From Pelomyxa schiedti (lineage: Eukaryota > Protista > Evosea): DNA of 64,000 nt. The DNA lies in contig JAHLWZ010000824.1 in NCBI GenBank assembly GCA_020536535.1, forward strand, positions 38,228-102,227, written 5' to 3'. Position 1 is the first letter of the stretch; each line of letters opens with the position of its first letter. Below, one piece after another: positions 1 to 12,449 of this stretch. Under the pieces are notes generated by a model. That model was given only the letters and a program-made list of their open reading frames with translations, did no database searches and was not told the origin of the DNA. Both the position numbers and the translations under genes were made by a program.

Positions 1-1484
1 CAATAACTTCTTTTCTCATTTTTGATAAATTATTCTCGAGAATTGCAGCTATAGTTGTTTGCTAAAATAAAGTGAGGTACAATCCACAAGAATGAATGCT
101 TACGGTTGGTTTTGGCTTGCGCGAAACAGGTTGCAAAGGCGGCCCTGTTGTCTTTATCTTTTTCTGTCTCCGCTTTTTTTTATCCAGAACCGGTTTGGCT
201 GTAATCTTTGTAAGTTGGAGTGCTTTAGAGCCAATCATAGCTGTGGAAATTTGTTGAGGTGAAGCCTAGATCTGATTAATGTTGTGCCTGGTTTTTGGAA
301 AACTAGGTTACCATACTGGAGTTGGGTGAAGTTTTCAAACCGTTAGGCTTTTCATTGCGTAAAACGGCAGCTGTAGTGCCCCAAGCGGACAGTTGCGTTG
401 GAGAGCTCGATGCTGAAAACTGTGAAGTTGGGTGACCCAATTGCTGTGTCACTGGTGCCGTTTGCAAGTTACTTGGTGCAAGTGGAATTGGTGACGTCTG
501 AGTGTTTGGCTGACCTGAGAACGGGTGTGATGACGCCCAGACAGTGCCACTGAACTGAGGATCCCGTTGTCTCATAGAGCTGGTTGTGTAAACGCCACCA
601 ATTCTTGAAGGGTTCTGAGAGTATGGGTTCAAGCGAGGTTGTGCCATCTGCGAATCAGGAAACCCTCTACCCCTGCCAAGAGTATCCACGCGAGAATGGT
701 GTGTAGTATTACTGCGCTCTGCATTCCTTGTGCTATAGTTGGTTCCCTCCTGTTGCTGTACATTATAGGTTGGTGCAGTTGCAAAATTGTTTTGGGAGCT
801 GGGTTCCCCTTGGTATCTCCTAAATCCGTCGCCACGCCCACCCCGGAAATTCCCACCCCCACCTCTCCCATAATTACTAGCCCAATCCACGTTCAACCGC
901 CTGGGCGCTCCCCTCTGCGGCGACTGTGATTGTGTCGGTGGGTGAGTACCACAAGAAGCCGAGTGCGTGGGCGTGGGCGATACGTACGACGACGACGGGG
1001 GCGGAGGCGGGGGCGAGGTGGGTGTGGACGTGGACGTGGACGCGGAGGCGGAGGCGGCCGACGACGACGATGACGACGACGGCAGCGGGGAGCGCGGGGG
1101 GTCGGTGCTCCTCCTGGCTCCCAGGATGGTCACGCTCACGGGCTTGCTTAGCACACTGCCCAGCTTGGGTGCTGCTGCCTGCACCTGCGGTTGATGCTGC
1201 TGCTGCTGCTTGGGCTTGGCATTGCTCGGCCGACCGCGGCCGCCACCTTTCTTTGCTTGCGGAGGAGGGGCGCCGGGGCTGCTGGGGGAAGTGGACGGTG
1301 ATGTCTGCGGGGGCGGGGCACTGGGCTGCAGGGAGGCCTTACTAGAGGGAGGGGCCTGGTGCCGCTGCGGCTGTGGTTGTGGCGCCGACGCGGGGTGCTG
1401 CGGGGGAGTCTGTTGTTGCGGCTGTCTCCTTGTGATTATCAACTTTAGAGGTGGTTGCGTTGTGTTGTTACTCGTTGACGCCAT
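1..1484 (-). CDS. 5' part of an unknown protein with a Pro/Gln/Ser-rich disordered N-terminus and RGG-like motifs; runs off the left edge
   Basis: ORF 303..1559 has an ATG at 1484 (MASTSNN...) after an A-tract; it contains GRGGGGNFRGGRGDG and GRGRGF; no folded domain is visible. Confidence 0.6.
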
Positions 1485-2196
1485 CTCGGCGCCCGAATGT
1501 TTTTTTTTTTCTGAAAAGGTGAACAATAAAAAGCCTGGAAGAGGGATCATGTGCAGCACACAGTGACGCGGGTTTGGTGGATATCCAGGTTGATGTCTGC
1601 CCCTACCTCTCGGAGATCAGGCTCATTACGCCCCTTTCCCACGAAGGTGGGGCTCTGTACCGGTTCCGTTTTGCAATGTGACTGTTGTTGTGATCTCCAC
1701 GGTTGCTTCATGTCCCTCACTAATATGGACCATTGACGTTCTGAAAGCCCCTCAGGGCGATTTTACCCCTTTTTCCCTCTTATCCCATTTGGCTGAATAA
1801 AATAATCAACAGACCGGAACGCTGTCGTCTTCGTGTCATCGCCCAGTCTCGGCGGTCTGGTGTTTTTTTTATTCAGCCATTTAGAGACATTAAACCGCAA
1901 CATAATGATCCATGTCAGAGAACAAGTTCCAAGAATCATCGGGAAACTTAGTTCTGGACAGAGCCGGCCATTCACAGGAACGGCCGGAGTGTTCATTCTA
2001 ATGGCCTTTCCTTGAATCCCCCGCCGTACGTAGTATATTAATGACCACTGGCAATTCTGCCATCAGAAGGACCCAACTTGGCGCATGTGCGGGTGGTTAG
2101 TCGTGCGTTAACACAAATGTTGTTGTGGGGCACAGAATCCACGAAATTGAAAACACATTTTTTGTGTTGCTATTTTGCAATATCAAAACTCTTAAA

Positions 2197-3212
2197 TTAG
2201 AGGCGCTTTGGTGGGAGTGGTGCACATGTTCCCGCAGCGTAGAGGGAGTCAGTGTAGTCATTGGTTTGAATCTGGAGTTCCTTAGGGCCTACCTTGAGGA
2301 GGGTGTTGTTGATCCAGAAATCAGCAACAAGGGCTTGGCAGTTCAGTTGCATTTTGAGCTGTTCCTCACATTGGGTCCAATCAGCAGGGTGGTATGGGTC
2401 GGAGGCAACGAGTATATTCTGGTAACTGGTTGTGGGTCAGTTTTGGTCAGCAAGAGTAATAACAAGTAAGTACTTACTCCGTGTTGTTGATCACGGTGAC
2501 TAAGAACGAGGCGGAGTACTTGTCATACAGATTGCATGCCATCTTCACTTCCGAAGCTGTTACGGTAGCAGTGCCGGGGTGGGACTGTGCGTACCACTCT
2601 GTAGACTGGTAGGAGGAATATAATTAGAACAAGTATTACAAGCATCAGGCGAAAGGCTCACCTTGGAGAAAAAGTCGGCAATTTGGGTAACGTATGGTGA
2701 ATAGTATCTGTACTCAAGCTGAGGAGTATTTATATACTGATAAGTATCCGTAGATACGAAGATATTATTAAAGTTGGAATCCCTGAGCCAGCTGAAACAC
2801 CGAGTCAGCTTCCATTAAATTCATATCAACAAACACACCCGCCAGGATGGAATCCTACTACATCATTAGCCAGATGAGCTCCGTATCCCATGGACCAAGT
2901 AATTGGGTCGAAATCGGGATCGGTGCTATTGTACACTTCGGTAGCGAACTTGAGCTGGTACCCGGCGTATTCTATAGGGAAAAAACCGGTAAAAAACTGC
3001 ATTCAAAAGTAAGGGAAAACTGAACCAAGGTTGTGCCAGGCAAAAGAGAAGGAAGTGAAAGCATCAGGAGAATAAGTTCCCAACTGGAAAGAATACTCGT
3101 TCAGGAACTCGTACTCTCCCTCAGAAAAAGTGAGGGACTGGTGAGTGACTGGGCCCCAGGCATCAACAGATGCAACAGCAACCAGCAAGAGCAATGGCAA
3201 TGTGGCCCACAT
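2197..3212 (-). CDS. Secreted zinc-dependent phospholipase C / S1-P1-like fold protein (multi-exon)
   Basis: Signal peptide followed by WGPVTH, then GTYSPD and GYGAHLANDVVGFH metal-ligand-type motifs; the spliced frame ends ...CAPLPPKRL-TAA. Confidence 0.7.
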
Positions 3213-3549
3213 GGAAAGTGTTGTTTTAATTTTGTGCCTAAATGGCTTTGGTTTTTTGCAAAAAGGTCCGGGAACTTTTGGGGACGACGCATACTTGGGT
3301 CTTTGTAGCTAAGAATCGGAACGAAAAATCTAAGACACAAATTGTGATCAAGCGTTACCGTAAGGTTATTCATCAGATTATACCACCGGCCCAAAATATC
3401 CAAGTGGAAGTGCTCTGTCTCCTACAACAGCTGTCAAGTATAGAGGCAAAGCACTGTTTGGTGTTGAGAACCACATTGCACTTGGCCCGACCTGAATCCT
3501 GAGCCCTGACTCTTTGGGTTGTCTCAGCTTTCACAGAAACGAGTTTGTG

Positions 3550-4691
3550 ATGTTGCCACCACCCGAGGACGACAATGAGGGGGGAGGAACGCTGTTTCCC
3601 AACGTGTTGCGACGCCGTCGTGCGAAGCAGTCCGCAAAGTCCCTCGCCGCCATGTCTTCGACTCCTTCATTGACGCCAGAGATTCAAACGGAACCTGTAC
3701 GACTGAGTCCGACTTCTCGCTTCTTTCTTGCTTGATGTTGTTTATTGGCACTGCATTCCAGCAAACTTTTCGTTGTGTCACTGGTTGCCTGCGCAATACC
3801 AATTTTTCAAACTGCAAATTACAGGGTGGAAAGCCAAAGTCTGGATGGAATGATGCCACTACTACAAAGTTGGCTTATTGTAGAGCTTAAAAAAACAAAA
3901 AACAAAAAAAAAAAACCCAGAAATAATGAGGCAGTGTGAATTTATGTGATATTTTTGAGAATGTGCCTTACCAAATGTGCATGTGACTAACTGACAATAC
4001 AGTGCTGTGGAGTTGGCAAATATTCCCGACTTCCACTTTGAGGTTACTGAAGACACAAATGGTTTATAATCCCTATTCCTTCATGTTTAATTCCCTTTGC
4101 GTGTTCTTTCCAGTAAAAATGGGCCAGCAGGAAGATGATACCCTGCCACAAATTGCAATTGCCCCAAAGTTGGCAGCGCCAGTTGTTCCCACCATAAAAG
4201 ACTTAGAGAAAGACCTAAGACATGCAATACCACATAATGTACTGCTTTATGATGCATTCCTAGCAACACTAAACCGTTTCTAGGATACTGGTATTGATCT
4301 CTCCCTTCTTATATCTGTCCTGTCTCCTCCTGCATCTGTGATAGAACCGGACCACCTTCAGGACTTTGATTCACTCCTCAATAAAGTAGCATTAGAGATA
4401 CAACAGGAACAAGAAAACAACCCCACACCTGCCTCTTCCTCAATCCCAACCATCCATAACAGTCCTCCCAAAATCACACACGCACCTCCCCCCTCATCCA
4501 CCTCCTCCTCATCAGCTTCTGCATCTGCATCAGCCTCAGCCTCAGCATCCGCATCCGCCAGTTCCACTCCACTACGCACTTCAACAACCACAGCAGCACC
4601 AAATAGCAGCACTCGACCCAGAGTGCGGCCTGATGGTTCTGTGCCTTCCTCAAAATCAAAACGGCCACCACACACAAACCAAGGCTTCTGA
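3550..4691 (+). CDS. Hypothetical protein (multi-exon, Ser/Ala-rich C-terminus)
   Basis: Successive exon-like ORFs at 3514-3735, 4002-4283 and 4338-4691 separated by short intron-like gaps; no domain recognised. Confidence 0.5.
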
Positions 4692-4777
4692 TGTACAATA
4701 TGGAATTTGAAAAAAGACCAGAGAAGTTTTTGTTTAAAAACGGAGAATATTTGGGCAGACTCGGTTCTGGAAAGAAA

Positions 4778-7452
4778 TTAGACTAGAAGAAAGACGGCAG
4801 CCAATAGGATAAGAGAACCAGCTCCTGATGCAAGATAAGGTTCCATAAAGAAGGAGCGCGACTACTAACCTTTCTGGGATGCAGCACTGATACTGGTACT
4901 TGTCTGAGTGGAATCTTCCTCTGAGCTGGTAGCAGCAGACCCTGATTCTGTGTCCGAGTCTGATTTTAATGATTCCGATTCAGAGCCGGAGTCAGATTCT
5001 GATGCTGACAGTTCCTCTGACCCAGAATCTGAATCCGAACCTGAATCCGAGCCCGACTCAGATTGAGACTGGGAGTGTAAGTGGGAGTTCGAGTGAGAGT
5101 GAGAGAGAGACTGTGACTGTGACCCAGGATGTGACTCTGATTGTGATTCTGATTCAGAGTTTGACGTTGAGGCAGACCGGCCTGTGGAGTGAGAAGTTGA
5201 TTGAGAATTCGATTTCGAACTGGAATGGGAGGTTGTGGCCGATGTTGACAGATGGGAGGAAGAAAAAGATGTAGTGGTAGAAGTAGAAGTGAGTACAGAG
5301 GTGGAAACGGAATCACTGTTTAAATCTGAGCCCTGAGAGGATGATGTTTGTGTGGAACCGGAGCCTGAAAAAGTGTGTGACGATTGCACTGATGTGGAGT
5401 GGGATTGCAAATCAGAGACCGAATCAGATGTTGATGTGGAGTCTGATACAGAAAGACCAGAGTTCGAGATGGAATCTGATGTGGAGGTTGAAGTGGACTT
5501 AGATGTTGAAGTTGAATCAGATGTGGATGTAAGGGAATTAGAAGTGGAAGCAATTCCTTCCTAATTGTCAGTGACTACAAATTATACTGTCCGCAAGAGT
5601 AGAGCATACTGCAACAGGGTCAGAACAGTCAGCAAGACTAGGCCTTGTTGGAGATATAATCAACTTAATATCTGCAGATGTCATTAGGAGAAGTTTTTTC
5701 CAAAAAGAATACAGACCATCCAACCAATACAGTACGTCGTTGGGGCCGTTCTGTCATTATAATAAATAGTTTAGTAGATGAAAGAATTTTCCCATACCTG
5801 AAAATAGACTGCATTTATTAGATCCGGGCATGCAATTTCTGTCAGGTTTACAGTGAAGAGTTGCCATGTACTTGTTACTCCTGTCAATGTGGCTGTTGTA
5901 CTGGAGAGAGTGTTCAGGGTGTCCTTCAGTGTGACCAGCAGCTTTACAAAGGTGCCGGTCATCCGAGCCCAAAATTGAAGTGAATCGAACTGGCTCCTGC
6001 ATTTATTGGGCTATTGAGTTTTGATTTTTATACCCCTGTGGTGTATAGTACCTCGTGGCTGGAATGTTCGATCCAATGTTAACGCCACCCCAACCAGTAA
6101 AATTCAGAAACAATGAAGAAGTTCCCGCATACTTGACGGCATTATCAATTGACCCTACAGTTCCCCACTTTTCCCAAGGACCTACGGCTGATTTACATTG
6201 ACGCAAAAAGGGATTTTTCAAGGTACCTTCAAAGTCGTCATCAAATAGAATCCCGAAGTCGTTGGGAGGTTCACAACATTCCGGGGAGCTCCCTCCGTAT
6301 CCATAAGGCACCTGGTCAAATTGGCTTGGGCCGTCAACAACAGCTCCGCCAACGATGGAATTTACTATAACAGTGATTTTCTGCCCAGTGAGTGAAGTGA
6401 CACGAACGTGAAGAGGAAGGGTTTTATCAAAGCCATCTCCTGAATGAAAAGTTAAAGATAGATCACTGGGGTTTTCAGAAACCGTTTGGAGAAACTTCAA
6501 ACTCATTCCACGTCTTGATGAATTAGTGACCAGTAGACAGATTGAAAATTACCTGGCGTGGAATTGTTTCCCAAGGGTCCGTTCCATTGTGTTGAGAGAC
6601 CTCCAGAGACAGTATCCCAACGCGGTGGTTTACAACTGTAAAAGCAGTATAGTACTGTGAAGAACCCTACATTTCTTTGCTGTTGGGAATAAAATGAAAC
6701 ATGGAAAAACTCACAGATTTTGTCAATAGTTTAAATGGGCCTTCTACGTCACAGGAAATCATCCTGTAAGTCACGTTTTCGCTTCCCATTCCTGTTCGGG
6801 AATCCTAAGCATCCATGTTAGTCGTTGTGGTAAGTATATTTTATTACCATTAGTGCATCAAAGGCCTGAGGACTCAAATCAAAATGGGCATATGGCTCTG
6901 TACAATCTGGGCAGCTATCAGCTATCTTTTGCAGAGATAAGTCACATCAGTAAAATCTAGTGACGAGAAGGCAACCATAATTCGGATAGCACCAAATGGA
7001 CTAACCAATTCATAACAAATGCCACAAGAAATAACATCCTATGCAAACGAGTGTTACAAAGTACACTAAGGAAAATGACATACAGCTCCATACGCAGGCA
7101 TGAAGTATGTCACATTACTTGGTGCTGCAGTGTAATTATAACCAGGACCAGATGGTCCCTGAGTAGGTCCAAACTAACAGAATGTTAGTGATTTTCGTCA
7201 AATTACAAACACAAGGGTAAAAAGCAGCACCTGGCATTTTCCAGAGGTCTTTGTTAAATCCACACTTATAATTTGAGGGAGGAAAGTGGTGTCATCCCAT
7301 GTGACATTCCCATAAAGTTTTTAAAAAAGCATGAGTACGTACTCGTAGTGCGTGATCATGCCCTCCTGGCACGACTCCATTGGTCGTGATGGGTCTCGTG
7401 TCCCTTCGACAACCGCCCACACTACAACAAACAAAAGGAAACAACCGCGCAT
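4778..7452 (-). CDS. Expansin-like protein (DPBB + CBM63-like) with an extra beta-rich domain, a Ser/Thr stalk and a GPI-like hydrophobic tail
   Basis: Signal peptide MRGCFLLFVVVWAVVEG; spliced motifs SCGICYEL, DSCPDC and HFDLSPQAFDAL; Ser-rich ORF 4865-5410; last exon GAGSLILLAAVFLLV-stop. Confidence 0.8.
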
Positions 7453-7578
7453 CGACGACGTTTCGGTTTTCTTTGTAAATCTGCAAAACTCTGATGAATT
7501 CGGCCTTCGAAGAAGCTTCAAGTTTCAGATAAAAAAGATACACAGACAGCACCATCGTGGTCGTCGGTTTTTTTGGCG

Positions 7579-8203
7579 ATGGCGGCAACGCACGCACCTG
7601 GAGCACCTCCGTCGTACGACGATTCAATGGCCCCAACACTGTTGTCTAATTTCAGTTGCACGGCTGATGAGTTTTGCAAAGTCCGAAGGAAGATCCTCCA
7701 CAAGCTCAAGGACCCTGAATGGTTTATTTTGTGCCGGTTGGACCCACAATTTTTTTACATGGACGCAGCGTCATTACGCCGCACTTGGTAGCTATCGGCG
7801 GCAGGCACGAGCACAGAAAGCTGTTCTCACCAAAAGAGTTATATTTCTGTGGTGTGATCTTTGAGAGGGACGGCAGCCACTACGAATTATTCTCCCCTCT
7901 CATTGCCTTGGAAAGATCCTTTCAATGGTTATGTACCATCCTACGTGCTGATAGAGAGTAGTATCTTCTGAATGTTGCTTCTCCCAACAACCTTCTAGGA
8001 GAGGCATTTGGCACTGGGATAAGTTCAATTCGAAAATAATTAACGGACCAACACGAGAACTACAGTGGAAGTGGGATGTATGCCAGCCCAACAATTTTGA
8101 AGAGGTAAAAGTGGCTGTAAAATACCCCTCTAAGTGTTATGTTGAGTTCTTGGAATTTGCAGAAGACCCCTATGGCAAAGAGCGATTCCGTATGTTAACT
8201 TAA
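7579..8203 (+). CDS. Hypothetical protein, about 3 exons, Trp/Cys-rich
   Basis: MAATHAPGAPPSYDD..., LYFCGVIFERDG... and GIWHWDKFN...RMLT-stop can be joined through GT-AG gaps; divergent from the expansin gene. Confidence 0.55.
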
Positions 8204-8236
8204 AGCAGCCTGACTATAAGATAAATGTTGTTTTAT

Positions 8237-9944
8237 TCAACTCCTTCTTGGTCTGGAAAATATAGGCCTTTGGCCAGGGGTTTCAGGGGGTGGGACTACT
8301 TCAGGCTCTGGTCTCTCAGGTATCTTTCCACCCCGGGCCTGGAAGCTTGCTGCCATTTCTCTGAGTGCCTGCACATGAGCTAGTTCCTTCCTAGTTGGAG
8401 TGTAAGGAGGTATAGTCAATCTGGCGGGCTTACTTTCGTGCGTTTTCAGACTTTTCCATCTTCTCCTTATCGAATCTGGCTTGGTGCATTTGTTGGGATC
8501 TCTTCATGGCAGCAAATTGTGCCTCTGCGGAACTTCGTGGATCCAAGCTGTCGTCGTACACAGCCTGAAAGTGGTTAAAGGAAGTCAGTAGCGGAAAATA
8601 ACTTACCATGTCGGGACTGTCATCACGAGCCCTCCTCTCTTCCCTTCGAGCAATTTTCTTAGCTACGATTGCTTGGTGTCCTGTTTCTTTTGGTGCTAAT
8701 TCATCCAGGACGACAGCATCAGTTGAGCGTTTTTGCTTGGTTGCTCTCTGTCTTTCATATCTTAGTGCCTCTTGACGACTCTCCCACTCAGCTTGATCAA
8801 CTGGAGAATGGTGATAAACTAAAAAAAACCAGGAAAGGGAAGAAGAGAACCTATTTCCGGGGGTACAGGGGGTCTCTCCGGCAGTTGAGGTCTTGCTTCT
8901 GGTTGAGGCACTGGCCTGGCAGGTCTGGCTGAGGTTTCTACATCATCAGTGGCCTTGGCAACAGACGTTTTTACTGTGTTCATGTTAAGAGCAAGCAAAA
9001 GTGGCAAGGAAAGTACTTTCACCGAGTGTATCGTTATCAAGATCTTTAAATTTCCATTGGTAACTGGTTCGGCGGGAGTTGGTATTTCGGAACAGAACGT
9101 CATTGTAGAAATCCTCTGAATAAGGGGGGAAAAAATATATGTTTGGAGTTTTGGGAATGAAGAGGGGGAGAGGCTTGCTTGGTTAGTTTCAGCTTCTAAT
9201 TAAAGATGGCGAAAGAAACGAAAAAAGAGTTCAGAATGGGACTGTAGGTACCAGGCAGTGAGCCACTGTTCCATTGCTCAACAAAAGTGGAAAATAACTT
9301 CTTCGACTCGTCACCAGTTAGTTGGTCAATGTATATGTTGCGTTTGAGCAGTAGCCATTCTCTAAATTCAGCTTGATGATGAGAATCATAAAAATCTTCA
9401 TCTGACAAAAGAGAGATTTGGGCATTTCGTTCTATGTAAAGATAAGTCCGAGAAGAAATAAAATACATAAGGTGAACTTACTTGACAGATATGCAAGGGC
9501 TTTTTGCGCAAGAGGGTCAGAGGTGTTTATAGGAGGTGCAGCACTGGCACTAGCACCAGCCCTTACAGCCCCTGTTGTAGTACTTTGAATCCGTGGTTTC
9601 TTGTGATCACCTTTTCAGTAGACCATACATAAATAAAGTATGTGAATAAGAGAGATGAAAGAACCAGGAGACTTCGAACGAGAAGACGACGACGAAGGGG
9701 AAGAACGAGATCCAGATTTGTGCTTGTGGTGCTTGTGGCCATGCTTGTGGTGATGGCGGCCGCGCTTTTCCTCGCTGTGGTGATGCTTTTTTTCGTGATG
9801 GTGGCCGTGGTTTTTTCTCTTCTGGGGGAGTTCACTGGGCACAGAAGGCCTCCCGCCGGTACTACTCCTAGTACTAGTAGTCTCAACCGCAGCTGACTTA
9901 GTATCGGAAGGCTTCGGATCTTCCCTGCCGCTACGATCACCCAT
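8237..9944 (-). CDS. Style cell-cycle inhibitor 1 (SCI1)-like nuclear protein
   Basis: His/Lys-rich N-terminus; DEDFY...EFREWL...KKLFSTFVEQWNSGSLP matches the SCI1-type core as I recall it. Confidence 0.6.
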
Positions 9945-10163
9945 TTGTTTTTTTTTTCTCTCGCGGAAGAAAAAAAACGAAAATTCCTCTCAGACTCTGT
10001 TCCTCTTCTTTGCCGGACACGGCGTCTTTGCTCATGAACTCGGAGCAGGGCATTGGGTGTTGTCTTGGAGTTTGGTACTCAGTCGATCATTTGGTGACCT
10101 GATCAAACAAATCCAAATCGATACGCCGCCGGCCTTTCGTTTGAATACTTTTGTCTAGCGGGA

Positions 10164-12244
10164 TGTTGGAAGACGTGGGTATCCTCGAGTTCACTGTGGA
10201 CGTGCCTATGATGGACTTGTTACTCAACTGGTCTGATCAATTGGAGCGTGGTGCCCGAACCGTCTGCGCCGCCACCAATTGCCCCAATTGTGCCCCGTGC
10301 CCCTCGACCCACCGCGGAATTGGACAATTGGAAAAAGTAGATGGGGGGAGGCAAATGAAGGAGCTTTTTGGGAGAGAGGAAATAAAAAGGAAGGAACAAG
10401 AGACCACAGAACAAAAAGAAATAGGAGAGAGGGAAGCTGAGAAACAAGGACCAAGTAAAACACCCCAAAGGGAGAGTGTGACCCAAGAAACCAAGATAAA
10501 CAACGAGGCTGAGAAATCACAGAATTTAAACGTCACTGCAACTGCTTCCCTGGTAGGAGATAAAGGGAGCCACCAAGAGGGAGGTTTGAAAGGAGAGCAA
10601 GAAAATCTGTTCTCTCGGAAAGAAGAGAATATTGGGGATATTCCATGTAATAACTCAAGTGTTGCCCCATGTGTATCAGCAGAGTTATCTGAATCTCCAA
10701 GAACAAAAGATGTTGAGCAACGTACATCAGAAGAAAAGGCTCTTGCTGCGTCTCATGAAGTACAATCACCTGGAGAAGGCTCTACAAGTGAAATAAGGAC
10801 AACTGTTTTTTGTGAGTTCTATCGACTACAGTTCAAAGGTGAAACTCTCACCTATTTACCAAACAAACAACAAAGCACGATTCCCTGACAGGCAAAGGGC
10901 AAAGCTCTCTCATGTGCATGTGCTTTCATTCCAATTGTTTCTCATTCTCTTTAGCTTACTTCAAGTCGCCCGTCTGCCCCCAAAGATAGAAAACATATTT
11001 CAGACTTCAGAAGCTTGAAGGTTCCAAACCCAGATACAATCACAGCCAAAGTATCCTTCTGTTCTGGCATCTTTTTTCTTGTACTTATAACATAAATATA
11101 GACTTATAAAGTGATTGTGGTTGAGGATGATGAGTCAGATCGCCACAGACCCCCTAGGGGAGGTTCTTTCGTCTTCTTTTAGTGATGGGACTCCTAACCT
11201 ATTGAGTATAACAGTGGGTGTTCCAATGGGAATGTGTATGCTCCCTGTGGACAGCAAGACAAGTCTGAAGTGCATTGCCCGAACTAGTCCTTCTGCAGAC
11301 CCACGAAAGGCACCCAGTGGTGGTATGTGATGCCACTACATTTCCATTCTTTCTCAAAGCAAATTTTCCACAGGTGATAATTTTGCATCATTGGGTAATC
11401 CTTTCTAACTCGCCTTTTTCTTCATTATCTAATGCCATTTAAAGCAAGTGTAGTGTTAAAGCCAAGACCCGGCAGTCAACCGTTCTTGAAACCTGACTCC
11501 AGCTCTGCGGCACCTTCCCCTGAACCCCAAACAAAACCAGTTAAGCCAACATTTGCTTTGCCCAAGCCAAAAGAAAAAGGTATTACTTGCAATCCTTTCA
11601 TGACTCATTGCAACACAAGGTGAAAAACCCGGAACACCTGTTTTCCAGCTCTCAAAGAAAGTACTCCCTCCTCCGGCTGTCGTAGCCTCCACACCTACAA
11701 CAGCATTGGATGGAACTCCAGAACCCACACCAGCAACTCCGCCATCCCAAGAATCAACTGTGGAGCCTCCAAATAAAGAAGAGAGCCCACCCAATGCAAC
11801 AGTCACAGAATCCGCTGCAGCAGCAAAGACAGTCACTTCACCACCTCTGCGTCCCACACCACTCACCCCCACCAGAAAGCAAATATCCATAGAAAAGCTT
11901 ATGCAACCAGCTCAGTATGTGCCCATGCCGCCAGCATCAACGGTTGTTCTCAAACCAGCTTCTTCCCGCACACCACTACCAAAGGCTACCGTGGTTTCTT
12001 CTCCTGAACCCCCCAGCCCTTCTAGCAGTATGTATAACAATCAAGCTGTATCCTTAAATTCACTTTCTCCAAGACAACATGGGACCCACTGTTACTGTTC
12101 ATCATGGTCCCCAAGCAACCATTGGCCCTGCCACTGAGAAAACCCTGGGTAATTCAATCCTTTACTTCAAACCAAAAGTGATTAACTTCTGACATAGGCT
12201 CTGGTCAACTAGATTACCGCAGTGTTTTAAGGAAGAAGCAATGA
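10164..12244 (+). CDS. Hypothetical protein with an acidic linker, a possible C2-like segment, a Pro-rich region and C-terminal DYRSVLRKK
   Basis: ORFs 10151-10888, 11432-11623 and 11706-12137 can be spliced into one frame ending GSGQLDYRSVLRKKQ-stop; it could instead be two genes. Confidence 0.5.
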
Positions 12245-12449
12245 GTCAAATCACCCCTATGTATTTATCTGTAAGTCAACGAGAAGGAAGGAAGTTTTCT
12301 CAACAAGTTGTTAGAGCACTCGCACCAAAACCCACCAGGGTTCTCTTAAAGAGGTTGTCAGGGGCCTCAATCAATATATATATATATATCAATCAAGATC
12401 CGAGTTCCACGAATACGTTGTTAAACAAAGGTTAAAAAAAGTCGTTGAC

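Noticed and set aside
1560-2130. Possible ncRNA or SECIS (tgacgttctgaaagcccctcagggcga), or a small gene
   Set aside because: The stem is too short for a SECIS, the RNase MRP/P motifs are not in the right order, and there is no coherent ATG-started spliced frame
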